From positions 4,125-68,124 of the forward strand of contig CANNFQ010000018.1 in the NCBI GenBank assembly GCA_947503925.1: a stretch of DNA of 64,000 nt. The letters are read 5' to 3'. Of the stretch, positions 17,851-27,111 are shown in pieces. Positions within the stretch are counted from its first letter, which is position 1; each line of letters opens with the position of its first letter. Under the pieces are notes generated by a model. That model did no database searches. It had not been told where the DNA came from and was given only the letters and a program-made list of their open reading frames with translations. This DNA comes from an uncultured Rhodobacteraceae bacterium (GTDB lineage: Bacteria; Pseudomonadota; Alphaproteobacteria; Rhodobacterales; Rhodobacteraceae). A program made the translations under genes and the position numbers.

Positions 17851-17882
17851 GGCAATGGTCTTTGGATAACTATTTTAAAGGC

Positions 17883-17910
17883 GCGGGCCGTATCGGCATA
17901 TGCGGCCCGC
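17883..17910. other. Intergenic GC-rich stem-loop between wzx-like gene and GT4
   Basis: GCGGGCCG...CGGCCCGC, 8-bp perfect arms. Confidence 0.45.
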
Positions 17911-17924
17911 TTGGGCGGGTAATG

Positions 17925-19295
17925 TCAACCGGGGGCAAGCACCAAGAGCAGTTCAAATGCTGCCGGTGTCGTCCAGAGGATCAGGGCAGAAAAGGCCAGG
18001 GCGAGACTGAACAGGATCAGGTCCTGCCCGCCATACCAGCCGTGATAGGGCCGGATGTAATAGACCAGTAGCGGATAGATGATGATGTCGACAAGAAACG
18101 GCGCCAGCACGGCCCCGATGATCCCGAAATTGCTGATCAGGATCAGCAATAACCCCACTCGGATCACGGCGGAGACGATTGTAAACAAAGTGAAATCCCG
18201 CGAATTTCCGTTGGCCAGCAGGATCTGGTTATATCCCGCGATGATCAGCCTTGGCATGATCGCCAGGCTGAGCACCACAAGGATCGCACCGGCCCCATGA
18301 TAGCGGACATCATATAGAAACGCGATCAGAACCTCACCGATAGCCGCCGTGAATGCCGCCACAGACATGAAGCCCACCGCTAGCCCCAGCTTGGCCAGCC
18401 CGATCTGCCGCCGGTTCTGCGGATTGGCCCCCGGGGGCCGGTTGCGAAACAGCGGCAGCAGCACGCCCGAGACGATTTGCTGGTTCAGCGTGGCGGGCAC
18501 ATTGGCCAGGAAAAAGGCGATGGTGAACAGCGCAAGTGTTTCCAGTGAAACGAATTTCCCCAGGATCATCCGGTCACCCTGGGCCACGAAATAGCCCGCG
18601 ATTGTGGCAATGAAGATATATTTGCCGAAATGGAACAGCTCCCTGACCGCAGGCCAATCCCAGGCAAAGCTGTTCCGCTTGCCGGGAATGATGAAATGCG
18701 ACCCGATCGATTTCAGCGTGGCCCCGATCAGCGCGCCATAGACAAGCGCCCAGTAGCTTTCCAGATAATAGGCCAGAATGACCATGACGATCGCTGCGAT
18801 GAATTGTGAGGCAACGCCCAAAGTGACCTGCGGGCCCAGATAAAGATTGCGGTTCGCCTGGATCAGCCAGGTTGACCTGAAACCGTTGATCAGCAATGTC
18901 GCCCCGATCACCGGGATGATGGTGGCCATTTCCGGATAGCCGTAGAACTGTGCTGCGGGTATCGCCAAAATCCACGTCATCACCCATAAAAACAGGCCTC
19001 TGAGGATCTGGATGGTCCAGGCGGTATCAAGATATCGCCTCTCATCGCCGCGGTCGCTTTGGATGATTGCGGCGCGCATGCCGACATCAGAAAAATTCTC
19101 CAGCCCGGCCAGAACAACCTGTACCAGCGCCATCAGGCCAAAGGCCTCGGGGACCAGAAGGCGGGTCAGGATCAGGTTGGAGCCGAGCCGGATCACCTGG
19201 CTGCCGCCAAAGCCCATAAAGCTGATCAATGTGCCCCGGATGGCGCGGGCTTTCATGCCATCGCCGGTCAGAAGTGCTGAAATCTTTGCTTTCAT
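17925..19295 (-). CDS. Wzx-type oligosaccharide flippase
   Basis: LILTRLLVPEAFGLMA, FSDVG, WTIQILRG, DRMILGKF; about 12 TM segments. Confidence 0.88.
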   Translation of the reverse strand: MKAKISALLTGDGMKARAIRGTLISFMGFGGSQVIRLGSNLILTRLLVPEAFGLMALVQVVLAGLENFSDVGMRAAIIQSDRGDERRYLDTAWTIQILRGLFLWVMTWILAIPAAQFYGYPEMATIIPVIGATLLINGFRSTWLIQANRNLYLGPQVTLGVASQFIAAIVMVILAYYLESYWALVYGALIGATLKSIGSHFIIPGKRNSFAWDWPAVRELFHFGKYIFIATIAGYFVAQGDRMILGKFVSLETLALFTIAFFLANVPATLNQQIVSGVLLPLFRNRPPGANPQNRRQIGLAKLGLAVGFMSVAAFTAAIGEVLIAFLYDVRYHGAGAILVVLSLAIMPRLIIAGYNQILLANGNSRDFTLFTIVSAVIRVGLLLILISNFGIIGAVLAPFLVDIIIYPLLVYYIRPYHGWYGGQDLILFSLALAFSALILWTTPAAFELLLVLAPG

Positions 19296-19477
19296 TGGTA
19301 ACTAGAAAAACCTTTGATAAATGACGCCTCGCTTAAGCGATTTGGGTGCGCAAAGCGAGATCCAAAAACCGCCCACTATCGCTGGGGGTACGCAACGTTC
19401 GGTGGTGTTGCATACCCTCTGACAGGGCAGCGTGGCAGAATCATGTGTTAACACAGGCAAAACAGCGATTTTGCGCG

Positions 19478-19521
19478 GTCGGCAAAGCGTCGGCGATATG
19501 TCGGCAAAACGTCGGACCCCA
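19478..19521. repeat. Four phased GTCGG direct repeats with 11-bp period
   Basis: GTCGGcaaagc GTCGGcgatat GTCGGcaaaac GTCGGacccca in non-coding DNA upstream of the wzx-like gene. Confidence 0.65.
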
Positions 19522-19574
19522 GCGCACGGTGACCCCTGTTTAACGCAGCGTGCGGTGCAGGTATGAATGCAGCG

Positions 19575-19988
19575 TTAAGGTTTGGACGACGCTGGATATG
19601 CGATGGCATTGGCGTGTCTGCGCAGATGTGCTGCTGCATCTGCGCGGGTGATATGGCCCTGCCCAAGCGCAACCATCATGTCGGCGTGTTCATGACCCGG
19701 GGTGTTTTGCAGGGCGTAGCCGTTCAGTTCCAGAAAGATGACCGCAGTCATAAAAGCGGTGCGCTTGTTGCCGTCGACAAAAGGGTGGTTGCGCGCGATG
19801 GCTTCGGCATAGCCCGCCGCAAGCTGGAACCTGTCTGTTTCACCATAGGCATGCTGATTTTCCGGTCGCGCCAGTGCAGATAACAGCAGGGCATCGTCAC
19901 GCAACCCATGCGCGCCACCGCCTATGGCGATGACACCATGATGCAGCGCTTCGACTTCCACGCGGGAAACCCAATTGGGTGGGTTCAT
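19575..19988 (-). CDS. doc: Death-on-curing (Doc/Fic) type II toxin
   Basis: Doc signature HPFVDGNKRTAF; GLRDDALLLSALARP; 4-bp overlap with the upstream antitoxin. Confidence 0.93.
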   Translation of the reverse strand: MNPPNWVSRVEVEALHHGVIAIGGGAHGLRDDALLLSALARPENQHAYGETDRFQLAAGYAEAIARNHPFVDGNKRTAFMTAVIFLELNGYALQNTPGHEHADMMVALGQGHITRADAAAHLRRHANAIAYPASSKP

Positions 19989-20221
19989 CGCTGTGCAAGT
20001 TCCATGATCGTGTCATGGTGCTGTGCCAGATTACGTTTGATGCGCTCTTCCATCTCTGGCGTGACACCGGCCGCTGTGCCAGTCAAACGGCGATACTCAT
20101 CGGCTGACAACAGCACAAGACGGTCACGTTGATGGCTTGTGATGATCACCGGCTCATGCATTGCGGCATCGCTGAACGCGCCGATGTTGTTTTTGAATTC
20201 TGTTGCTGAAACGCGTGTCAT
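19985..20221 (-). CDS. phd: Phd/YefM family antitoxin
   Basis: 78 aa, VSATEFKNNIG...EPVIITSHQRDRLVLLSADEY; coupled to doc; RBS GAGAGGAG. Confidence 0.9.
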   Translation of the reverse strand: MTRVSATEFKNNIGAFSDAAMHEPVIITSHQRDRLVLLSADEYRRLTGTAAGVTPEMEERIKRNLAQHHDTIMELAQR

Positions 20222-20241
20222 GAGTCTCTCCTCTCTTGGAT

Positions 20242-20269
20242 ATTATGGCTAAAATGTCCATTTTGTCTA
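20242..20269 (-). promoter_or_regulatory. Putative sigma70 promoter and autoregulatory operator of phd-doc
   Basis: Minus strand TAGACA-N16-CATAAT with inverted repeat AAAATG-N2-CATTTT (20251-20264) between the two boxes. Confidence 0.55.
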
Positions 20270-20538
20270 TAACAAGGTCTCACATTGCAAGACTGAAAAC
20301 CTAGCGGGATCATCGCCAAAGAACCGAAGGGATGCAGCTGAGCCGCTCAATATAGCTCTGTGTGGGCCATGTCCGTTCTCCTTGCTTTCCAGCAAGATAG
20401 GGGAAAATTCGCAACCCAGTTTAGAATGTGCCGGCTACAAGTGCAGTTCCTGATAATGAAGATTATGTTAAATATATGCAAAGCGGTTACCTGTCCGCGC
20501 TATGTTGTTCTCGCATGATTTGCCATCCCGCTCTGCTG

Positions 20539-20554
20539 TGGCAGGCGGTTTGCG
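20539..20554 (+). promoter_or_regulatory. Sigma54-like -24/-12 sequence upstream of wzz/wzc operon
   Basis: TGGCAG-GCGGT-TTGCG, correct GG-N10-GC spacing; about 255 bp from the start codon. Confidence 0.3.
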
Positions 20555-20809
20555 AAAAAATTGCACAAACAACGGCTGAAAAACTGCCACATTCTCGTTA
20601 TATCACATAAGAGGGCGTTGCAGCGGTTCCCAAAAGCCTGTTTCAGGTTTACCGCAAGACGCTGTTGTTTTGAGGTTTACGAGTAATATGTGGCGCTGCT
20701 GAATTGTTGCGGTGTTGTTTTTTGAAGGTAAAAATTATAATGAAAACAGGTTTTTGCAAGGTCCCTATGGTCCTTGATCCGTGCGCTGCCAATCGGGAAG
20801 CCAAACATC

Positions 20810-22351
20810 ATGATCGCTGAATTACGGTTCTACCTCAGGCTTTTGCCCCGGCGATTGCCGGTGATGATCCTGCTGTTTCTGAGCGCGTCGCTGGCCGGTG
20901 GGATTATCGCGCAGCGCTTGCCGGCGGTTTATTCGACATCCGCCACGCTTTTGGTGGAATCCGCGCAGATCTCTGACGGTCAGCGTCGCCCGCAGGCCCA
21001 GTCCACTGCCGCCGAGCAGTTGCAGGTCATCCAGCAACAGCTTTTGACCCGCACCAACCTGATCGAGATCGCCAATGAGGTGCAGGTGTTCGAAGATCAG
21101 GCCAGCATGACCCCCGATCAAATTGTCCGCGCCATGCGCAGCGCCAGCAATATCCGCCTGACCATTGGCCGCGACCAGGCCACCCTGATGCGTCTGAATT
21201 TTTCGGCTGGTGATCCCGTCAAGGTCGCTGATGTCGTCAATCGCTATGTCGATATCGCCCTGGAAAGCAGTACCGCCGCCGCCACCAGCCAGGCCGAGGA
21301 CACCCGCGCCTTTTACGAGCAGGAAGTGCAGAAATATTCAGACGAGATTGATGCCCAAAGCAGCAAGATCGCCACATTCAAAAGCGCCAATGCCGATGCC
21401 CTGCCCGAGAATCTGGAATATAACCAGAACCGCCAATCCTTGTTGCAGGAACGGATTTCGCGTGCCGAGCGCGAGCTGGAAAGCATCGCCATCCAGCGCA
21501 ACAATATCATGCGCGTGTTTCAGGCCACCGGTTCTGTCACCACCCAGGGCCCCCCGCCCCTGACCCCCGAAGAGGCATTGCTGCAGCAACTGACTGGCGA
21601 GCTCAGCGTAGCGCGCAGCATCTATTCGGACAGCAATCCGCGTGTCCGCACCCTGCAGGCGCAGATCGACGCACTAGAAGAACGGATCGCCGCCGCCGCG
21701 GCTGCCGCACCCGACACCCCGGACAATGTCCCCACCGCCCAATCCACTGCCCTGGAAATCAGCCTGGCCGAGATTGACAGTCGCACCACCACCCTGAGCC
21801 AGGAAATCACCGATGCCCAGGAAGAGCTGCTCACCTTGCGCAGCAGCATCGAGCGCACCCCGGCCAATGGTATTGTCCTTGATGGGATGGACCGCGAGTT
21901 GGAGAATATCCAGAGCCTTTACAACGCCTCGGTTGGCCGTTTGGCGCAGGCCCAGACCAGCCTGAATATCGTGGCTGCCGCCAAGGGCGAAAGGGTCACC
22001 GTGCTGGAGGCCGCATCCGTCCCCACATCCCCGTCCAGCCCCAGCCGGCTGAAGATCGGCGCCTTGGGCATCGCTGCCGGGCTGGGCCTCGCAGGTGGTT
22101 TCTTTTTCCTGCTGGAGCTTCTGAACCAGACCGTCCGCCGCCCCACCGATATTGTCAAAAGCCTGGAGATCACGCCGCTGGCCACGATCCCCCGTATCGA
22201 GACGAAGTCCCAGAAACGCCTGCGCCGTGTGCTGCAGGTCGGTGCCTCGCTTGTTGTGCTGACATCTGTGCCTGCCGCCCTTTGGGCGATTGATACCTAT
22301 TTTATGCCGCTTGACCTTTTATACGAGAAAATCAAGGGCCGGCTGACCTGA
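20810..22351 (+). CDS. Polysaccharide chain-length determinant / co-polymerase (Wzz/GumC, Wzc N-part)
   Basis: N-terminal TM, LPAVYSTSATLLVE, long coiled-coil region, YSDSNPRV, VLEAASVP, C-terminal TM. ORF open from 20774. Confidence 0.88.
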   Translation: MIAELRFYLRLLPRRLPVMILLFLSASLAGGIIAQRLPAVYSTSATLLVESAQISDGQRRPQAQSTAAEQLQVIQQQLLTRTNLIEIANEVQVFEDQASMTPDQIVRAMRSASNIRLTIGRDQATLMRLNFSAGDPVKVADVVNRYVDIALESSTAAATSQAEDTRAFYEQEVQKYSDEIDAQSSKIATFKSANADALPENLEYNQNRQSLLQERISRAERELESIAIQRNNIMRVFQATGSVTTQGPPPLTPEEALLQQLTGELSVARSIYSDSNPRVRTLQAQIDALEERIAAAAAAAPDTPDNVPTAQSTALEISLAEIDSRTTTLSQEITDAQEELLTLRSSIERTPANGIVLDGMDRELENIQSLYNASVGRLAQAQTSLNIVAAAKGERVTVLEAASVPTSPSSPSRLKIGALGIAAGLGLAGGFFFLLELLNQTVRRPTDIVKSLEITPLATIPRIETKSQKRLRRVLQVGASLVVLTSVPAALWAIDTYFMPLDLLYEKIKGRLT

Positions 22352-22378
22352 GGTCGCCCGGTTCGGAGTTTATGATTT

Positions 22379-23305
22379 ATGGAAAAATTACAAAAAGCAC
22401 TGAGTGAGGCGCGTATCGCCCGGGCGGCGGCGACAGGTGGTCCACGCCCCATGCAAACGCCCCCTGCACAGGCCGCCGCCCCGCTGGAACTGCCTCCACA
22501 GACGCGCGCACCAGCACCGGGCCAGCCTGCCGCTCCGGCCCAGATCCAGGCCCGTGCCGCCCAGCCTGTCCGTCGTCCTGAAATGGCGGGGTTTCCCCCG
22601 ATCTGGTCAGAGTTGATCCCATATGAGCCGAACCCCGATCACCTGCAGAAACAGCGTATCCTGACGCTGGATGCCCAGCCGGTATCCAACCCGTTTGATG
22701 TGTTGCGCACCAAGATCTTTTTGCTGATGCAAAAGAATGGCTGGAAACGGCTGGCAATCACATCCCCCCACAAGGCCTGTGGCAAGACCACAACCGCCTG
22801 CAATCTGGCCGTTGGCCTGTCGCGCCAGCCCGAAAACCGCACCATGCTGTTTGATATGGATCTGCGCCGTCCTGGTATTGCCAAGGTCATGGGCCGTCAG
22901 CCGCTATATGGCATCAAATCGATGCTGACCGGCGAAGCGACCCCCGAAGATCAGATGTTCTGCCTGCGCGGCAATGTGGCCTTGTCGATGAACCGTGCTG
23001 CGGTGCCGGACAGCACCCAACTGCTGCTGGCCAAGCGCACGGCAAACATGTTCGACCGCATTCAGGAGGTGTTTGATCCGGACATGATGATCTTTGATCT
23101 GCCGCCGATGTTTGCTGCCGATGATGCCCGCGCATTTCTGTCAAATGTCGATTGCGCCATGATCGTCGCCCGCGCCTCGCATACCCGCACCAGCCAGCTG
23201 GATCAGTGTGAACGCGAGGTCGCACAGGCGACAAATGTTTTGGGTGTCGTCTTGAATAATTGCCGCTTTGTTGATCAAGAAGACCAGTATTACGAAGATT
23301 ATTGA
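22379..23305 (+). CDS. CpsD/CapB family BY-kinase (Wzc C-part)
   Basis: AITSPHKACGKTT Walker A, LFDMDLRRP, IFDLPP, VLGVVLN, Tyr-containing tail QYYEDY. Confidence 0.88.
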   Translation: MEKLQKALSEARIARAAATGGPRPMQTPPAQAAAPLELPPQTRAPAPGQPAAPAQIQARAAQPVRRPEMAGFPPIWSELIPYEPNPDHLQKQRILTLDAQPVSNPFDVLRTKIFLLMQKNGWKRLAITSPHKACGKTTTACNLAVGLSRQPENRTMLFDMDLRRPGIAKVMGRQPLYGIKSMLTGEATPEDQMFCLRGNVALSMNRAAVPDSTQLLLAKRTANMFDRIQEVFDPDMMIFDLPPMFAADDARAFLSNVDCAMIVARASHTRTSQLDQCEREVAQATNVLGVVLNNCRFVDQEDQYYEDY

Positions 23306-23337
23306 CCGATCCGCACGTTTCGCAAGGCAAGCCCATT

Positions 23338-24939
23338 ATGACACCGCAGGACGCAGAGCAGCATCATTGGGATGTCATCATCATTGGCGCCGGCATGGGT
23401 GGTGGGTTGGCGGGCCGCCGGTTGGCCGAAAAGAACCTGTCAGTGCTTTATGTCGAAAAAGGCCCTGCCGGGTATCGCAATGAACAGCAGCATCTGCGCA
23501 CCGATATCGCTGATCCGGTGGCCCGCCATGTTCATGGTGCCTGGCCGAAACCAATGGCTGCCAAGGTCGATGGTGCCGATTTGCAGTTCTTTGCCCCGAT
23601 CGGTTGCGGCGTGGGGGGCACATCGGTCTATTATGCTGGCGCGCTGGAACGCCCCGAACGTCATGACATCGAAGACCAGCCCGATCTGCCGCATCCCGTT
23701 GGCGGCTGGCCGATCACCTATGATGATCTGAAACCCTATTTCACCCTGGCCGAGGATTGGCTGCATATCAGCGGCACACAGGACCCGCTGACCCCGCAGG
23801 ACCCGACCGATCTGGCCCCACCGGTACCCATTGCCTCAGGCGAAGAGGCAATGATCGCCGATTTCCAAACCCAGGGCTTGCATCCTTACCGCCAGCATCT
23901 GGCGATCAGGAACCTGCCCGATTGCCAGTCCTGTCAAGGGCGCAAATGCCCGCGTAGCTGCAAGATGGATGGCCGATCCGGCGGGGTGGAACCAGCCTTG
24001 CAGACCGGCCATGCCAGCCTGCTGACCGATTGCGATGTCACAGAAATTCTGGATGACAATCTTGGGGTCACGGGGCTGCGTACCACAGCTGGCGGGGCAG
24101 AATATACGTTGCGGGCCAAGACTTATATTCTGGCCGCCGGTGCCCTGGGATCCCCCCGCCTGCTGCTGGCCTCGTCCCGCAGCAATCCAAAGGGCTGCGC
24201 CAATTCAAGCGATTGGGTGGGCCGTGGGCTGATGTTTCATGTCAATGAGCTCTTTGCCCTCTGGCCCCGGGCCAATCAGACATTCCCCGGTGCGTCCAAG
24301 GCGATATCGCTGCGCGACCTTTATACCTATAAAGGCGACCGGCTGGGCATGATCCAGTCCATGGGGGTCGAGGCATCATACCCCAACATCGCCCATTACC
24401 TTGCCGGGCTTTATGATCGGTCCTTTCTGCGCCGGTTCAGGGGGCTGCGCTATACCACCAATATTGTCGCCCTGATCGCATCGCGCATTCTGGGACAGGC
24501 CAAGGTCTTTGTCGGTATCCTTGAAGATCTGCCCTATCCTGAAAACCGGGTGATGCTGCATGAAAATGACCCGGATATATTGGCCATCGAATACCAGATT
24601 TCGCCGGAGCTGCGCGCCCGCCGCAACCTGTTCCGCCGCCGGATCAGGGCATTGTTTGCCAAAAACCGCACCATGCTTCTGGGCCAGAAGCTTGATCTGA
24701 ATTACGGCCATCCCAGTGGCACGCTACGCTTTGGCCATGACCCGAAAACATCTGTGCTGGATCGCGACTGCAAGACCCATGATCTGGATAATCTCTATGT
24801 GGCGGATGCGTCTTTCATGCCGACCTCGATGGGGGTGAACCCCAGCCTGACGATTGCGGCCAATGCCCTGCGCGTGGCTGATATCATCGCCGAAAGATTG
24901 CAAGCCCGCCCCGCGCGGGGGGAGAAACGACATGCGTGA
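23338..24939 (+). CDS. GMC family FAD oxidoreductase
   Basis: DVIIIGAGMGGG Rossmann motif, GCGVGGTS, CQSCQGRKC cluster, HPSGTLRFG, NLYVADASFMP, NPSLTI. ORF open from 23302. Confidence 0.9.
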   Translation: MTPQDAEQHHWDVIIIGAGMGGGLAGRRLAEKNLSVLYVEKGPAGYRNEQQHLRTDIADPVARHVHGAWPKPMAAKVDGADLQFFAPIGCGVGGTSVYYAGALERPERHDIEDQPDLPHPVGGWPITYDDLKPYFTLAEDWLHISGTQDPLTPQDPTDLAPPVPIASGEEAMIADFQTQGLHPYRQHLAIRNLPDCQSCQGRKCPRSCKMDGRSGGVEPALQTGHASLLTDCDVTEILDDNLGVTGLRTTAGGAEYTLRAKTYILAAGALGSPRLLLASSRSNPKGCANSSDWVGRGLMFHVNELFALWPRANQTFPGASKAISLRDLYTYKGDRLGMIQSMGVEASYPNIAHYLAGLYDRSFLRRFRGLRYTTNIVALIASRILGQAKVFVGILEDLPYPENRVMLHENDPDILAIEYQISPELRARRNLFRRRIRALFAKNRTMLLGQKLDLNYGHPSGTLRFGHDPKTSVLDRDCKTHDLDNLYVADASFMPTSMGVNPSLTIAANALRVADIIAERLQARPARGEKRHA

Positions 24940-25708
24940 TTTGACCACCCGGATCAGGCAAGGGGTTGCCGTTGTCACCGGGGCCAGTGACGGGCTGGGC
25001 AAAGCATTGGCGATGGGATTGCTGGCCGAAGGGTTGACAGTGGCCGGGATTGCACGCCGCGCCGATGCGTTGGAGGCCATGGCGGCCAATGCCCCGGCTG
25101 GCCAGTTTCACCCTATTACAGCAGATGTTGCTGATCCGGATGCTGTGCGTGCCGCATTTGCCAAGATCCGGCAGGATGCAGGCCCGGTCAGCATCCTGAT
25201 CAACAATGCCGCCGTTTTCCCGCATCGCGACATTCTGGAAGAAAGCGTCGAAAGCTTCATGCATACGGTGGCGGTCAATCTGGGCGGGCCGTTCGCCTGT
25301 GGCCGGGCCGCATTGGATGACATGATTGCACAAGGCTTTGGCCGGATCATCAATGTCGGATCATTTGCGGGCATCGCCCCGGCCCCTGCTGCGGCCGCCT
25401 ATTCCGTTTCCAAAGGGGCCGCGCGGGTCTTGAGCCGGGCATGGGTGGCCGAGCTTGATGAACGTTTTCCCGATATCGTCTTTAATGAATGGATGCCCGG
25501 CATCCTGAATACGAAAATGGGCCTGCCCGACGGGATCAGCCCCGAACTGGCGGCCGCGCGTGGTGTGCGGCTGGCGCTTTGGCATGATCGTGCCCTGAAT
25601 GGTGTTGTCTTTGATGGCGACCGGTCGATTATGCCCCCCATGGGCTGGAAACGAAAACTGCTGAACAAGGTTTTACGCCAAAGCCCGAAACCTTTCATAT
25701 TGGACTGA
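24932..25708 (+). CDS. Short-chain dehydrogenase/reductase
   Basis: VTGASDGLG, LINNAA, YSVSK (YxxxK). ATG overlaps the GMC stop. Confidence 0.9.
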   Translation: MRDLTTRIRQGVAVVTGASDGLGKALAMGLLAEGLTVAGIARRADALEAMAANAPAGQFHPITADVADPDAVRAAFAKIRQDAGPVSILINNAAVFPHRDILEESVESFMHTVAVNLGGPFACGRAALDDMIAQGFGRIINVGSFAGIAPAPAAAAYSVSKGAARVLSRAWVAELDERFPDIVFNEWMPGILNTKMGLPDGISPELAAARGVRLALWHDRALNGVVFDGDRSIMPPMGWKRKLLNKVLRQSPKPFILD

Positions 25709-25748
25709 CCCCCAGATTGGATTAACCCCAGACAAGAAAGAAACCCCA

Positions 25749-26897
25749 TTGCCGCGTTTATTGTTTTCCTTGCCCGCGTTTATTTTTCTGGGCCTTGTCG
25801 CAGTGGTGCTGGCCGGTGCGGCGCAAGATCTGGCCGCAGGCGGCAATAGCTGGAAACAGGGTGACTGGCTGATCAACAGCGATGACATCACCATCCGGCG
25901 CGGGCTGGTGGGCTCGGCCATTCTGGCACTGGCCCGGGTGAGCGCGCTGAACCCCATCCTGCTGACCGTGCTGATCCAATCGGCACTGGTGGTCCTGACC
26001 GCCGCCCTGACGGCCGTGGCGATCGTTCGGTCCCGGCATCATGTGTTGCTCTGGCTTTTGGTGCTTTGCCCCGGTTTCTTTGTCAGTTTCTGGGCCTTGG
26101 ATATCCAGGGCGGCCTGCGCAAGGAGCTGATTGTTTTTCTGGCTTTCGCGGTGCTTTTATTCGGGGCCAGCCGCCCGGATTTTGCAAAAATCTGGGCCTA
26201 TCTGTCGGCCATCCTCTTTGCCCTGGGCGTGTTGGGCCATGAGGGTAATGTGCTTTTTGCGCCGTTTTTCGGGCTTTGTTATATCCAGATCACCCGCCAG
26301 GCGCGCCTGACCCGTACCGATCTGGCCGCATTGGCGGGGATTATCGGCATTGCCTGTCTGACAGCGATCATGGCCGCAATTCTGTTTCGCAATGTGACAG
26401 ATCATATGGCTGTCTGTCGCCCGGTGCTGGCCGCAGGCGTTGATCCTGCATTTTGTGAAGGCGCGATCCAGGCGCTGGAAATCCCACTGACCGAATTCAT
26501 GCGGAACACTTTCTGGATGTTCTTTTCCCCCAAGATTTTATCCTTCGCCCTGCTTTTTGGCCTGACAATTGCCTTTGTCATCGCCATTGGCGGCATGTTG
26601 TTTGATCGCAAGCCATTCATCATCGCCTATGCGATCTCTGCCCTAGCCTTTGCCCCGCTTTATGCGGTGGCCGTGGATTGGGGCCGCTGGGTCAGTTTTC
26701 ACACCACTGCGGTGATTTTCACCATGCTGATCCTGCTGGCCACAGGCCATAAGGCCGCGAAAGCCCCGTGCGTACCCGCCCTGCCGGTCTATCTGGGGCT
26801 GTTGATCTATCCGCTGGTCTGGGGGTTTTCGCATTTTGTCGATGTGATCTGGGGGGGCATTGCCTGGAAAACCGTTCAGCATCTGGCGGGGCTATGA
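25749..26897 (+). CDS. Multi-pass membrane protein of unknown function (possible GT-C fold)
   Basis: About 10 TM segments; luminal motif WKQGDWLIN..RRGL after TM1; HEGN and VDWGRW motifs. Confidence 0.6.
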   Translation: MPRLLFSLPAFIFLGLVAVVLAGAAQDLAAGGNSWKQGDWLINSDDITIRRGLVGSAILALARVSALNPILLTVLIQSALVVLTAALTAVAIVRSRHHVLLWLLVLCPGFFVSFWALDIQGGLRKELIVFLAFAVLLFGASRPDFAKIWAYLSAILFALGVLGHEGNVLFAPFFGLCYIQITRQARLTRTDLAALAGIIGIACLTAIMAAILFRNVTDHMAVCRPVLAAGVDPAFCEGAIQALEIPLTEFMRNTFWMFFSPKILSFALLFGLTIAFVIAIGGMLFDRKPFIIAYAISALAFAPLYAVAVDWGRWVSFHTTAVIFTMLILLATGHKAAKAPCVPALPVYLGLLIYPLVWGFSHFVDVIWGGIAWKTVQHLAGL

Positions 26898-27111
26898 TGT
26901 TGGCGCTGCGCCAAAGGGGCATTTCGCACAGAAAAGATGCTGGTGAACGGCGCATAATGTCTTTAACTTGGGCACGCGCCATTACGGCGTGATGAGGGCC
27001 GCCATGTTTCCCTTGTTGTCCCCGACGCCTACCCCTTGGGTCATTGACATAATTTTGCCCGAGACCGCCGATATATTTTATACGTATTTTCAATGAGTGA
27101 TCTGATTTTTA

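Noticed and set aside
19575-20221. Prophage or IS remnant around phd-doc
   Set aside because: No integrase, transposase, phage gene or flanking direct repeats were seen.
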